Shown here: positions 48,418-62,479 of the stretch, piece by piece
How positions within the stretch are numbered: position 1 is the stretch's first letter
Layout of the letters: every line of letters starts with the position of its first letter
Notes under the pieces: model-generated
Seen by the model: the letters and a program-made list of their open reading frames with translations, nothing else
Databases searched by the model: none
Told to the model about the DNA's origin: nothing
From: Haliotis cracherodii
Taxonomy: Eukaryota
Direction: 5' to 3'
Assembly (NCBI RefSeq): GCF_022045235.1
Contig: NW_027266275.1
Coordinates: 26,040,001 to 26,104,000, forward strand
DNA length: 64,000 nucleotides
Position numbers and translations under genes: made by a program

Positions 48418-51400
48418 TTTAAGAGAAGGAAATGTTCGCATACATCATGTGAAAAAAGTTGTATCCTTATCGGTGAAAGGATCAGTCCCATGCCCCATCA
48501 AACAGACATATGCGTGATTTCAAAGGTTTAAAGAAATGCGAACAGTTAATATAGTCGCGAAGACTTATCCTCGGGTAAACCCTGAATGTCTCGGAGCTGT
48601 TAAAGTAATCACACGAATGTTGATCAAATAAATAAGGTTGTCAGCACTTGCTTTCGACACCTGCGAATGTTATTTTTTGTCTACCAACCTTTCAATGCTT
48701 ATCTGTATTACATTCATTGAAGCCAATCACGACAGATAGAACACGTAGAATATACTCTGTTTATCAGAATTGGGGATCTCTGTGTCCGTTGTTTGACGTT
48801 TTCTGAACATGCCTGTCTGGTAATCCAGCTCTCCTCTGTTTGATGTTGGATGTTGGCCCGAAGGAACATTTCACGTTTTGATCAAATAGAATACACAGTT
48901 TATGCTGCACATTTAGTACACGGGTATAGGGCTGGGCGACCACAATCAACTTCAGTAGATTAGCATCATTCTGGTATGTTAGCTCAGTGGATTATTGAAC
49001 CACCACATGGAAGTAGTTCTTTTTATTGACGTGCTAAACATTATTCTTAGTTAACTGAAAAAAGATTTGGGCGTGCCCAACATTGAAATTTCCCCATGGC
49101 TTGATCAGTGTCTTTTTTGTGTTTGAGAACATTGTGAATTTCACAGGATAATTAGCATGATATTAAATGATATATCAACACTGCTATCACTTTGTGCTGC
49201 ATTAGGTAATTATCGCGCCCTGTCATATGTATTCTATATGCTTATTTTCATTTGCCTCAAAAACCATATATGATTTTGTTTTTGATACTGAGAAGAGAAA
49301 CAAAAGTCTCTTTGTGTCCAGTACCGGTGTTGATGAAGTAGTAATGTTACTGCACTGTGGTTGGACCTGAGCATCTATAGAAAACGTATATCTACTCCAC
49401 GGACACACTTTAGAAAGAGTGACGATCAATCAATGTCTGACCTGTGAGAAACTACTGATAATTCGGTGTACGGGTTCTAGAAGTTCGTTATATCACTAGT
49501 TTAATCTCTGCCTAGCCCACGAAGTTGAAGGGCTACATTTTTTAATGATGGATTGACTCTGCGTATGAAAGAAAGTGTTCTCTCTCCCTTGTGTCAGTTT
49601 TAAACCACGCCAGTATATAATAACAGCCTGCTTAATTTCTAAAGCGCCCATATCATGTCCTAAATTATAATCCCCATGATGTTTTCTCACGGTTTGAATA
49701 CCTCCCTGTCATATAGCTGTGCTATCGCTCAGTGATATAGAGGCGCTTCATGGGTCTTCAAATGTCTCACATATACGCCAATAATCCATATATAAACTAC
49801 AGGCATGCAGGTTTACACACATACTGGAAGACTTATATGGTCGGACCTAAATCTTTTGATCTAGGTTTATCTTGCGTTGTGACACAGGGAGGAAAATATG
49901 CCTAACGTAGAAGCGTGGTTAACACAAAGGCTCAGGTATCCTCAATGCTCCGTGTCATGTTTAACGCTAAACACAAACATATGCACACTCTCTGGCTCAA
50001 AGATACACCCAAAGAATACAATTTCAAGAGAGGAATATTGTAAGTACTGTCAAAAGAACTGGGTGGATGCAAGGATCTATACTACGTCCGTATCTTTTAA
50101 TGTAAAAATGGCAAATATTCACTATGAGGTGAAAATAGGTGACACGTGATTGAAGGGGTTGGGTATAGATTACAGGTATTAAAAAAACACGAACAGTGTG
50201 TGTGTGTTCTCTGTTGTTGACTTAAAAATGATTTTTTTTAAAGCTTCATTCAAAACCAGGCTTCGGTTGGGTTATAAGCAAATCACTTTATTGCCACTTA
50301 AGTGGGACATTGGGCGTGAGTGTACCAACTGTAAGCCGTGGATCATATCTGACGAGCCCAAGAGGTCATTAACGAGTATATAATCATCCAAATAAAACAA
50401 CCATTCCTTTCATGGAGTTTAGTATTACTCAGACAAGATACATTTACAACATGAAGTCAGGTAGCCTTTACAGTTTAAGAGGTACAGTGTAATATTAATA
50501 GTGATAGTTTGTGTTTATAGTCTGCTATGTCGCATACTGCGTACTGTCGAACCCCGTCTATCCGAAATTATCTGTTTACGTCGGATGGGTGAGAATTGGC
50601 ATCTTGTTTTATGCCGCAATCAACAATACAGCTTCCTTTTAGCGAAAATAGGACCACCCACGGATGTTGTAGATAGCGGGATAACGACCACAAAATCAGG
50701 GTACAAGAGCATGGCATCAGCTACTCTTGGTAACCACTTTATTCCAACTTTAGGTGGCTTTATCACTGATTTTCAGTGATCCATTCATATTAATCATATT
50801 ATTTTCACTGATGTTTTTTTTCCGTTTACGCTCAATGGAATCTGTTTCGCCAGATGAGTGAGACTGTTTTTTCTCTGGCGAGCATGTGTAACGTCCTGGC
50901 CTGGTGACATCATGAGACTAATTCCCTTTAGTTCTCTGTGACTGAAACAATGTATTTGGCTGTATAGGACATAACGCTTCCGTCATCATTTATCCCTTTG
51001 TGTCATGTTCTTGTCATGCTTGAACATTTATTGGTAGAGTCTTCATTTATTCTGCCTTTTTGTCTTATATTCATGGTGTACGGTATGGGTTAAACATTTG
51101 ACTTTGACGACAACGAGATTGCCTGAAGAAGGAAATTTTATTTTCAATATGTTTTCTATTTACATTGCTACGTCAATGCGATAGGGTTTCATTGAAGCTC
51201 GTGGTATATTGGTAACGCTCTTAAATCGCTGCGGGAATAATCTTGCTCATTCTGAAAACTGTCACGATTGGTTGCGCGCATCAATGAATACCCTTCAAGT
51301 TTTTAGAGTTTATTTACACATATGTTTAGATCGTCAAATTACATAGATAGTATCATAATATATCAAAATATGCGTCAAGGGCCATACACTATCCACAAAC

Positions 51401-53361
51401 TGGGTTTACACATTTATTAGGAAAGACAATAAAAGTGGCCTGTCTGCACGAAACATTGTTTGACTGATCAAGATTCCGAACGGTTGGCGTCCACAAAAAA
51501 ATGTAACAGTTCGATGTGAAACCGTTTCACAGGTGTTAAAACAGGTTAATCATCACTTATATTGTCGTGTTCTATCAAACCTGTTTACAAAGGTTTACAC
51601 TAATCCTCTTTACACCCATCCTAAAAGTTTAAACCACATCAATAAACAACAGTTTCTAAAACCATCAGCATTAAACTGTTCTCTGACATTGGCAATTTTC
51701 GCCTAAGACAGCATCCTACAACGACAGACAATATGGACTGTCAGATTTTATTGTGAAACGCTGAGATACAACCTTCGCCTGACCCCTAGGGTTTTGTTAG
51801 TATAGATGCATGTGTTTGCGCGACACGACATTAGGTCTCCAAATATTTTGTACACGCTTTCTGTCACTCTAGACGGCGCTGTAACGGTGGCAGCGTTCCT
51901 TGTTCGCTACCCATTGTCCTGGCTGCGGACATGGGGCCAGTGGTCACTATGGAGAACTATAGATGGTGAGCGTCCTGCTGAGCGACCAACTCAGGTAAAT
52001 GCTTCTCGCCGTCAGATGTAAATTGGACTGTTTGCCACATGTAAAGATGGAATCGGTGGCTTTGATGTACGGTGGAAGAAGATTGGCAATTTCTGATATG
52101 ATAGCTTGATGTCCCCTGTGGTAATGGAAGTCAAACATCACTTGGTCGGTTCAGTGAAATAAGTCGGTATGAAATGAAATTCACATTAAAATTTCATGTT
52201 GCTAGTTCAAGTAGAAAGTTCAAGCAAGAATGCTTGTGGTCATTTAGAAACAAAACCCCACATACTTGAACTCATGACCAAGCATTGTGCTTCTCAAGTT
52301 CTCAGGGTCGAGGGACATGGTGTTTGGTCGAAAATATAAAAAGGTATAAACACCCTAACCTACGACCTTTTTTCCAGGATTCGGGACATATTTTCTTAAG
52401 CACATGGATAATAATTCTCCTTGGCATGTAAGCAACGCTAGTGTTGCACTTGTATATGAAACTCAAAAATTGAAAGGGTTCGAACCAGGAACATGGTAAT
52501 CAAAATTTGGACACGCCATCTACATGGTCGCCATGAACCAACTGTTTGAAACTCTTTTGTAGCCATGGTTACAATAAAACCACAAATCTACTAAATATTC
52601 CAAGAATTCGTCAAAAGAGAACATTGCCATCACAGTGTAACAAACATCATCTGTTTCCCTTATGATGCATCATTTATTTTAGTTAGGTCGGTGGTCCACT
52701 GGTATGATGCTTTGTAGAGTTGCTGCCCTTAGCTTTCCGGATCTAGTCGTCGCGGAGTTTGAATTTAAGATAAAAGTCGCTGGTTTGTCAGTTCCTTCCC
52801 AGTGCTGATGGGTTTCATCAAAGTGTCCCTCTCTCCCTGCCTCTCTCTCCCCCTCTCTCTCTCTTTCTCTCTCCCTGTTTCCCCCATCCCTTCCGCATCC
52901 CTTTTTTAGAGAAAGTGTTGTTTTCTAACTGAAACATTCTACAAACCGGCCTTAAACCCAACACTCATCCATTAATCTTTATATATTTCGAAGAAAATGG
53001 AAAGAGTCACCAGTCGCCATGCATTCTCATATTACAGTTGGACTTCTGGAAAGTGACAAATTGACCACTGTCGGACCACTCTGAACTGTCCGTGTAGTAA
53101 TGGTGGTAGAATATAATAAATTAGTCGTAATGGCCCCAACAAGACAGTTCAAATCGTCAGGGATTCCGCGTGTCATAATCACCATTATTTACTACAGTTA
53201 CACTAGAAGGACATTCACTGTGGTCGCTAAGTGGCTGCTGAACCAAGCTAAGCTCCATCACTCAGTCACACTGTGACGTCCACACGGAGCATTCCCGTAT
53301 GAAGTCATAATGGACACGCTATGTTTATAATGGATGGTGTCCTTTCTTCTTCGTTGTCTGA

Positions 53362-53590
53362 TTCGTGTTTAACGCCGCACTCAGCAATATTCCAGCTATA
53401 TGACGGTGGCCTGTAAATAAGCGTGTCTGGACCAGACAATGCAGTGATTGATACAATGAGTAACGATCTACGCCGTCAGGGTACGACGACCCCCAATCAA
53501 CCAACTCACCGAGTCTGACTATCCGATCCAGTACGTCCTCTTACTTTTAAGACAAACATACGCACTAATTCTAATTTGGAATCCCCACGG
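53362..53590 (-). mobile_element. Diverged RUDI-like SINE copy
   Basis: The tail is near-consensus; body and head are degenerate. Confidence 0.7.
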
Positions 53591-53737
53591 AATTCCTTAA
53601 CTACCCAGAAGATGCTATATTACGTGCTGTACCAGATGAGAGAATATGACGTGCGAGTATATAGTTTTATGGTTCGCTTAATCATTATAAAACAGTGATA
53701 TACGTGCATGCAAACTGATGCATTATCAACAATAGAT

Positions 53738-53907
53738 TGAGTGAGTGAGTGAGTATGGTTTTACGCAGCTTTTAGCAATATTCCAGCAATATCACGGCGG
53801 GGGGACACCAGAAATGGACTTCACACATTGTACCCATGACGGGAATCGAACCCGGGTCTTCGGCGTAACGAGCGAACGCTTTAACCACTAGGCTACCCGA
53901 CCGCCCC
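53738..53907 (-). mobile_element. tRNA-Asp-headed SINE
   Basis: Full family match. Confidence 0.9.
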
Positions 53908-55942
53908 TCAATAAATTTGAAGTTCACCAAATACTTCATGGATGACAGACTTGATAGCCTTGTATATAGTGTTACTAATGGTGCATGTGAATTTATACAT
54001 TCAAATTGTTATGACTTATTTGATCAAAAATTGTTTGCCAAGGCGAATGCCAACCTTGCATTTTTCATAACAATAAACATTTAAACAGTACAATGGTGTG
54101 CGCGTTAAACATTAAATAACCATATATCCTCTGATTAATTGAAGATGCGGCACAATAACCGAAGTCACTGCCAATCCATTATGCCGAGTTGGGTCCCTAA
54201 GGCGTACCAGAAATACACAACCACGGGTTCGAAACCAGCTTCGCTGTTACATAGTACTAGTTTTGTCAGATTTCCTAGTTTCCTCGTGGGTTTCAGCAAG
54301 ATGTTAAACGTCTACGGCCTTCATCACTTCAGTCTTTCCTCCCACATCAAGCTGACAACCAGGGAGTTAAAATACTGTTCAAAGCAGCGTTAAAATCACC
54401 CACTCACTCACTCTTCACCTGGACAATCGCATGGATTTCCTTACGTGATGTTATTTGTACAGGCGGTTTATTTCTCAGTTAGTTAGTCCGGAATTCCTAA
54501 TTTAAAGGATACTTAATAATAATTTTGAAAAAGCAACAGGCCCAGTTTTTTAAGTCCGATATTGTTTGACTTCAGAACATTTCCTATAAAACTTACTGTG
54601 CAATCACCGAGGTTGACTTTGAGTGACAAATGAAAGGAAAGAGCTTACTTGGTACAATTCATATTTTTTAAAAACTGTGAAATTTGAACATTTCAACCAT
54701 AAGATAAACATGACTGGGACGATTGAAGGGGGGAAATAAATTTTACGAAGGAAGATTGCCTTATTAGTTGCTTAACGATCTTTTGTTCAAGATCTTAGGG
54801 GGCAATGAGACCCAGGTATCAATTTGTGTTTTCAGAGATGCGACCCTTAGTGGTTCAGAGAACCGCTAGTCGTTGGTTCGAATCACAGAGTGACCCCCGA
54901 CTATAACCCTTGACCTCGTAATCATGTCTATGACCCTTGTCACATGAAGGCGGAACGCCGAGATATAACAGAAATTCAATTAAAAGTGACGTTAACCCCA
55001 ACGCCAATATTTCAAATCAGAGGCAGATGTTTAAAATTGACTCGTGAGCAATAAATCATCAAACCTTATCATTTTAACACGGAATATATGACATGAAGAT
55101 CATACGAAGGGACAAAATGACCTCTTACTGGGTCTCAAGTGACCGCTCCGTGAGGTCAAGCGCCACCATTCTCTTCGCCGCTCCGTCTTTTGTAATGGCG
55201 ACTAGACCTCCACGGGAGAGGGTGGGAGGCGGGTGTCTCATATCCGGGCACTGTCAAGTTTTAACAAAATCATTTTAATTCGGTCCCGATCATATGTCGT
55301 TGTATTAAAGGAGGCTTACTACCCTTGGGACATCTTGTCAGACGGTTGAATACAGACAGGGAGATCTTTAAATGGCGATAATTGCTTCAGGACATGTCCG
55401 TCGTCGCAGACGACAACTGGAAGAGGGTCGTCCTCGGTGTGAATAATGTTTGGAGAGCTTTGAAAGACGACTGCTAGATGAGGCTAACCTGATCATTGAA
55501 TACGTAGACTCCTACACAATGAGAATATGTCTTTGGGGAGGAGAGTTTGCTTAGGTCGAAACGGAATAGTTTCTGAACGTTAATACAATTATGGCAGCTT
55601 CGTTGTCCAATACAAAGGAACAAATTAGAGTTTAAGGTGGGGAGTGAACAACTGTCCAGAAAGACGCCCATATATATTATGTTTTTTTATAAGGTCTTTC
55701 ATAAGAGTTTGTAGATTTAGAGGAACAGTCTACGATTGCTGGCTACCTGGTAGCCTTTCTCCAAGGATATACTGAAAGATAAGTCCATGGCTGTGTAGTA
55801 ATTCTATCTTCCTAATAGGCAAGTATAGATCTTTGGTCTCCTATATGGACAATATGTTTTTATTATTTACAGAATCTAAAAATTATGACTTAAGCTAATA
55901 ATTCTTGCCTTAGAGACTTGTGCAAGTCTAGCTACGCGTCTA

Positions 55943-56191
55943 AACTACCGGGCAAAAGAAAGTATCCACTCAAAATGACTCAAAATGAAACAAACAAGAA
56001 ATGGTTATTCGGTGGTGATGTTTTTGATACGGGAATAACAGCTGTGTTCTGGGTCCACTTGCACAAAGCGATCTTCGCGCTACAATTATTGTGCAAGTGT
56101 TTCTGCGTCTGTAAAGTAAAGTTTTGACAAAGATTGTAATTTTTTGGTCAAATCCAATTTTCAAGTGCATACTTTTTTTTGCCCGGCAGTT
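55943..56191. mobile_element. Tc1/mariner-type MITE
   Basis: TIRs AACTACCGGGCAAAAGAAAGTATCCACT / AGTGCATACTTTTTTTTGCCCGGCAGTT, with TA on both sides. Confidence 0.8.
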
Positions 56192-56299
56192 TATTGTACT
56201 TTATTGTGAATGGGGATACGTTGCGGGCGCGGTTAGGGTTGCGGTTTTGAGTTATTAACAAATATACAGTTGAGTAAAGGTGGGTCATGTTGAGATTAA

Positions 56300-56690
56300 T
56301 GAGTGAGTGAGTGTTTGAATAGGATTTTACGCCGCTTTTAGCGATATTCCAACAGTGGGTTCACCAAATCACATGTTGCACCAATGGAGGCATCGATACG
56401 GGTATAGGGCGTGACGAGAGAACGTTTTAACCACAAGGCTTCCGTTCTGTCAGATATACCAGTCCCGTGAACACCTGTAGGCTCTATCGGACTACATTCA
56501 GGGACCACAGCCAAAGATGGCGTTGTTATCCCCAGACGTCGAGTAAGTGAGTATGGTTTTACGCCGCTTTTAGCAATATACATGCAATATCAAAGCGGGG
56601 AACACCAGAAAAGGGCTTCACACATTGTACCCAAATGAGGAATCGAGCCTGGTTTTCGGCGTGACGACGAACGCTTTAACCACGTGGCTA
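56300..56690 (-). mobile_element. Two degenerate tRNA-Asp-headed SINE copies (about 56300-56440 and 56545-56690)
   Basis: Family match. Confidence 0.7.
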
Positions 56691-56736
56691 CTATATTATG
56701 TGGAGTATATACAACTAAATGCTTCATTGCAGAGGC

Positions 56737-57112
56737 CCCCGTGGGTATTCCGGTTTAGAACAGATCCTAGTCTCCATGCTTGTCATCTTCCCGAGGCAAG
56801 GGAGTTAACTGACTTTAAAAGTCCAGTTTCCACCCTTGCCGAACTAGGCTGGAATTCCTGGTCTCGACCGCAGCGCCACCCCTGGTTGTTACGAGTTATG
56901 TCCCTTCTTCGCTCTCCGATGTGGAAACTGAAATTGTCAGTTAACTTTCTTGCCTCGGGAAGATGCATGCTTGTAAGAGCCGACTAAAGTGTTCAGGCTC
57001 GGTGACTTGTGTGTCACTGTGTCCAGATGACGTCAGACGTTGCTCATGCTTTCAACCATTGGTTTGCTTGGTCCAAACTAGATGTTTTACGTGCGGCTGT
57101 GACATAACATAA
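56737..57112 (+). mobile_element. Old RUDI-like SINE interrupted by a MITE
   Basis: Head CCCGTGGGTATTCCGG..CATGCTTGT resumes as CATGCTTGTAAGAGCCGACTAA after the MITE. Confidence 0.7.
56784..56965. mobile_element. 182-bp MITE with a 9-bp TSD (Mutator-like signature)
   Basis: 30-bp TIRs CATCTTCCCGAGGCAAGGGAGTTAACTGAC; TSD CATGCTTGT at 56775-83 and 56966-74. Confidence 0.9.
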
Positions 57113-57624
57113 AACTGCATGCACTCCACTGCTTGCAGAGGTGGGGGTGGCTTCTGTCCATAAGGTCCTTTACTCAGTCTTTAGAAATGCTATTTACATG
57201 ACTTTCCGTTGCCTTGGGGTAGTTTTGACCAACAATCTGGGTCTAGTTTGGAGTGTCATGTTGCAAAGCAAGCCCCATCAATCACACTGGCCCGGGGGAG
57301 GGAGGGCAGGTGTCACGTGACGATCACATCAGTCCCTTGAATATGACAACACTGTAACTAGGACGTATCGTCACTGTACCACACACACTGTAACACATGA
57401 CACACACCAGAGTAAACACATGACACACACACCAGTGTAAACATACACTGCCTATGACAGTCAGTACACTTAGGATATTGTCGTAGTTTGTGTCGAAAAG
57501 AATCAATTTCTGACCGCGTCTTTGTTGTAAAATGTTTTCTCACGCCTTTTGGACCAGACTAACTTCTGGCAAAACCACAAAAGTGTCCTCAATTCCATAA
57601 TCTTGTTTCTTGTACATAACTACT

Positions 57625-57858
57625 GCGGGGTAGAATAGGCAACCCATGCTTGCGGTAAAAGGTGACTATGCTTGTAAAAGGCGACTAACGGGATCGGGTG
57701 GTCAGGCTCGCTGACTTGTCAACGATCCCAATTGCGTGAATCGATGCTCATGATATCAATCACTGGATTGTCTGGTCCAGACTCGATTATTTACAGACCG
57801 CCGTCATATAGCTGGAATATTGCTGAGTGCGGCGTTAAACAACAAACCAACCAACCAA
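57625..57858 (+). mobile_element. RUDI-like SINE copy
   Basis: Near-consensus; ACATAACT(ACT)GCG on both sides. Confidence 0.85.
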
Positions 57859-58231
57859 CATAACTGCGTTTTCGGGCATGACGTGTACAGTCACCTATTG
57901 CATACACGAATTTGGTAGAAGTAGACGCACCACGTTGTTACCAATAACAACAGGACCATCACTTGAACAGCGCTTCGGTGTCTTTAGATGAGTGAATGAG
58001 TGAGTGAGTGAGGGTGAGTGAGTGAGATGATATATAAACCTCGGGTAAATCTCAAATCCATATTTATCACGCAGATGATACGGACAATGGACGCCCAAGT
58101 GGAATGAACTCTCTGGAACATTAATCTTTTCTTGAATATGGATTGAAAAGACTTAGAATCTGGGCAAGACGCTGGTAGCCACCCTTTTAATTTGCACACG
58201 TCAAATACTATCGAATACAATGTGTTAAACT

Positions 58232-58550
58232 TTAGCAAGAATATGGACTTGATATGTTGAACCTTAGCAAGAATATGGACTTAAAGATGTTGAACGTTAT
58301 CAGGAATATGGACTTAAAGATGTTGAACGTTATCAGGAATACGGACTTAAAGATGTTGAACGTTAGCAGGAATATGGACTTAAAGATGTTGAACGTTATC
58401 AGGAACATGGACTTAAAGATGTTGAACGTTAGCAGGGATATGGAACAAATTATGCTGAACCTTTGCAAGAATATGGAACAATTTGTGCTGAACCTTTGCA
58501 AGAATATGGAACAAATCGTGTTGAACCTTTGTAAGAATATGGAATTAAAG
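58232..58550. repeat. Minisatellite, 33-bp unit
   Basis: 11-codon periodicity; GAATATGGAC core. Confidence 0.9.
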
Positions 58551-59058
58551 ACTAATGTGAATATCGACGTGAACTGTAGGATCTTTCGACATAGCGGATG
58601 TGATACGGAGATGACAAAGACGGGTCGACTCTGATATGTCGAGCTAATGGTATTCGTGATATCAGGATGGGCCGTGCAGACAGTGGCTGATGAGAAGTGC
58701 ATGAACCCTGGGAGCACTACAAGCATGTAATCTCCAGAACGAGGCCACCTCACGCTCACGCATGACACCACATCAACTCACTGGCCAAGAGGCAGTTGTC
58801 CGTGGTTAAGATGGCTTCTTGGGCTAGGTACACCGGTAGGTGAGCAGGTACAATTCCGCAATAAATGAACCAGTCGTCCATTTAAGGTGAAAGGTGATCA
58901 AGAAATAAGTGACTTAATTATTGGTTGTGATAACATGACTAAAACAACGGGATCTATGTAGAAGGGGTTCCCAAACAAATGCGCATGCCCGAAGTCAAAC
59001 AATGTCCACTTAATTTAAATACTTAACTGTAAAAACAAGCAGAGCATGCTTTTTTGTA

Positions 59059-59192
59059 TGTTTGTTTGTTTGGTGTTTAACGCCGCGCTCAGCAATATTG
59101 CAGCTGTATGACGACGGTTTGTAAATAATCGAGTCTGGACCAATCTAGTGATTGACATAATGAGCATCGATCCACGTAATTGGGATACGACG
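59059..59192 (-). mobile_element. RUDI-like SINE 3' fragment
   Basis: Family match. Confidence 0.75.
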
Positions 59193-59389
59193 ATATGCTC
59201 TTGCTCAAATTGAAATTGTTTCTTGAGTGAATGATGTTTTAGCCCCAGCATGCATTATTTTAGAATAACGGTGTCATGTAAATGATAGAGTTGATAGCAT
59301 GAGTATTACTGTGGCACACAATTCACCGAGTCACACAAAACAATCCGATACGGTGTTAGTCGCTTCGTATTCTGTCCCTTTTTCCTCTT

Positions 59390-59915
59390 CATGGCGTACT
59401 GGGGACTTATTCTGCCCCGTGTATCTCCCCATTGGGTACTGGGGACCTATTCTTCCCCGTATCCTCCCCATGGGACACTGGGGACCTATTCTGGCCCGGA
59501 TATCTCCCCATGGGGTACTTGGGACCTATTCTGCGCCGCAGTCCTCCAAATGGGGTACTGGCGACCTATTCTGAACTACACTCCTCCCCATGAGGTACTG
59601 GTGGCCTAAATGCCCCCGCAATCCTTCCCATGGTGTACTGGGGACCTATCCTGCCCCGCACTCCTCCCCATGGGGTACGGGGTGCTGGGGACCTATCCTG
59701 TCCCGCACTCCTCCCCGTGGTGTACTGGGGACCTATCCTGCCACGCACTCTTCCCCATGGAGTACTGGGGACATATCCTGCCCCGCACTCCTCCCCATGG
59801 GGTACGGGGTGCTGGGGACCTATCCTGTCCCGCACTCCTCCCCGTGGTGTACTGGGGACCTTACCTGCCACGCACTCCTCCCCATGGGGTACGGGGTGCT
59901 GGGGAGTTATCCTGT
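59390..59915. repeat. GC-rich minisatellite, 40/47-bp units
   Basis: GGGAC(C/A)T spacing of 47, 40, 40, 47, 40. Confidence 0.9.
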
Positions 59916-60249
59916 CAAAAATGAATTACTTATCCATGCATATGTATGTTTTGTGTACAGAAAAAGCGAATATTGAAAGCTCTGAATGGACGGCCCTAAG
60001 AGTCCTAAGGATACAAGAGTTATTGCCCGTTGAACGATATCTTCTGAAACATCCGTAAAATATCTAAAATTGTAATTCATTATTTTGGGGAGTAACGCGA
60101 TTATATCTCAAGATATTGCTAGAATAAAGAACCCAATCAGACAAGTACTACAATCTGACAGCATGAACGGACATTCTGGAGATTCCACTTCCACCAGCAA
60201 ACCGTATAATTCTAACAATCTATTCCTCTAAAAAATAATAATTAGACAT

Positions 60250-62479
60250 TCATTTTTTAATAACATTTTATTCATAAAATAGATATCCTCAAGGAAACAA
60301 TAACTACCAAATGGAAAGCACTGGTCTCTACACAAGGCATGTGTTCAAGCATATATCTGCTATTTGCATATTGTTATTTAAAGAACAAATTTACACAACT
60401 TACTAAAGTATTACATAACATATTAGTTGAATATTTAGGACATTCTGCATTTTATTTCAGCATCTTTGAAAATGGAAACAGATTAATTTATTGGATACCA
60501 ATTCATCTTAATGTTCAGAATTCTCATAAATAAGCTAATGAATGAATCTGGATCAGTACTATCTGCCAGATATCTGCACTATAAAATAAATACGATGTAC
60601 TGATGTAAATGAGTATTTTGTTTTCAATTGAAACGCTCCATGTTCACCAAGACATTGTTGTCACCCAGACCAGGAACTACTCAATACAGACACAGGAACA
60701 GTTGGCTACAACCAAACCATTTCTCATCTCTAGGAGAGGTAATTATTGTTATTGTTCACATAAATAACAATCTATTTGAGTCTGAGGGTAACTAGTACTG
60801 TGTTTCTTATATTGGGAGCTGAACATAATTTAAAGATTGCATGCAAGTAGCAAGAATATGACATTGAACCATTGCAATGAAAACAAAAATAAACAGAAAA
60901 CAAAAGTAAACATAAACAACTAAAAAACAAAATGCACAACATCAAAGAAAAACTAAGAACTACGGGACTTAAAACTGCAAGACATCCTACTGGGTGGGGT
61001 GCTTTATTCTACTGACATTCCCATGCATGTTGTGTTTCTGTACCATCAGTGACAGACATCTGTGCAGATACTTCAGAAGCGCCAGCATCCTAAAGGTTTT
61101 AATAAATAAACATTCACCAGGAAAACATTTATCCAATATAATATACACTGAGACACGTTGAAAACACATATTCGATTTTTTATAATATTTGCAAAATGGT
61201 CACAAAAATCAAATTAAGTTGTTCTGGGTATTTAGGCAAGAGTTAATCAAATACAACAATGTCATTGTACGTTTTGAATCTCATTTGATGTGTTTGAAGA
61301 TGGACATTAGCACAAAAACACCTCCTTTCTGATGTCGAGTTAAAGTTGATTATGTGTTTTTCTGTGTTTCAGTACATATAGGTCATCACGATGTCTCTGC
61401 CTCTGTAAATGATGATCAAGCAAAAGTAGACAAGAAATCAGGAAGGTACGACTACAAAAAATGTTGAAAGAAAAGGTATTTCACATCAATGTATACATTC
61501 TTGTTGTGCATTCATCTCTGAAAGTAGCACCTCACTCTCTGCAAAGTTACCAGACCACATAAAATGTTCCCAGTCCAGAATTTTCTAATGAACAAAAGCA
61601 AGAAAAGGGTAAACATAAAAATAGTACTGTTAAGTGTAAGTTCTTAGAAAATAACAATAAACTGGTGGATTGTCAACTTAGTAACTGTAACCCCTGACTA
61701 TCAACCTTTCAAAACTGAACGTCTGTCAGTGAAAAAGAATCATGGACGACTGTCGGACAGGCAGTTATTTTAAACACTGTCTTTACCAAAAATATTTTAA
61801 ATGGAGAGAATATGTTTATTGTGAACACAAGTATAGAAATGGTGACCATGGTTGGTCTGCCCACCATTGTCAAGTTGGGTGATGGTATAAACAGTCATGA
61901 TGACCTCATGATTCTAATATAAGCACACATTTAAGCCAACTTGGACAGTATGTTGTCAAAGTTCAACAATCATTCTACACAGAATGGCATCAAGGAAACT
62001 GAATCCATTCACAAAAATAAAAAGTCAGTGATATCTCCAGGAAATACAAAAATGCTTTATAAACTAAACAATATCATATTCACAAAACAAAAATAGTGTA
62101 TATCTTTCGAAGCTCAAAAAGTATTGTTCTGGGGCTCAAGATTCACATCCTTAACTGACAAAACCTTTTTGTCTCATTAAGACACAATAACAAACAAAGT
62201 ACATACTTTGCTAGGTGAAGACTAACCAGTAGCCTGCTCTCTTTTTTTATCCAACAATATTCCTCTTCTCATAATCTCAACATCAAAAAAATGATTAGCA
62301 TCAAATAAATAAGTAAATATCTTTTATGAATGCAAATGAAACTTCAGTCAAAAGCCATGATAAAAACTTTAAAGATGATGTGATGTGTTGTGAGTGAATT
62401 GTTTCTGTACCCCGCCATCAAGGCTTGAACAAGACTTAATTCCTTTGGACATTCATCACCACTCGCCCCTTTCCGTAAC
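60250..62479 (-). other. Probable terminal exon and 3'UTR of a minus-strand host gene continuing beyond the window
   Basis: 2.2 kb free of SINEs and U-rich on the minus strand. Acceptor TCTTCTTGCAG at 62480; AATAAA at 60272-60267 with a U-rich downstream tract. Product unidentified. Confidence 0.45.

Noticed and set aside
51873-51994. Plus-strand exon candidate with a good acceptor and donor
   Set aside because: There is no recognisable product and no partner exons, so it cannot be supported without expression data.
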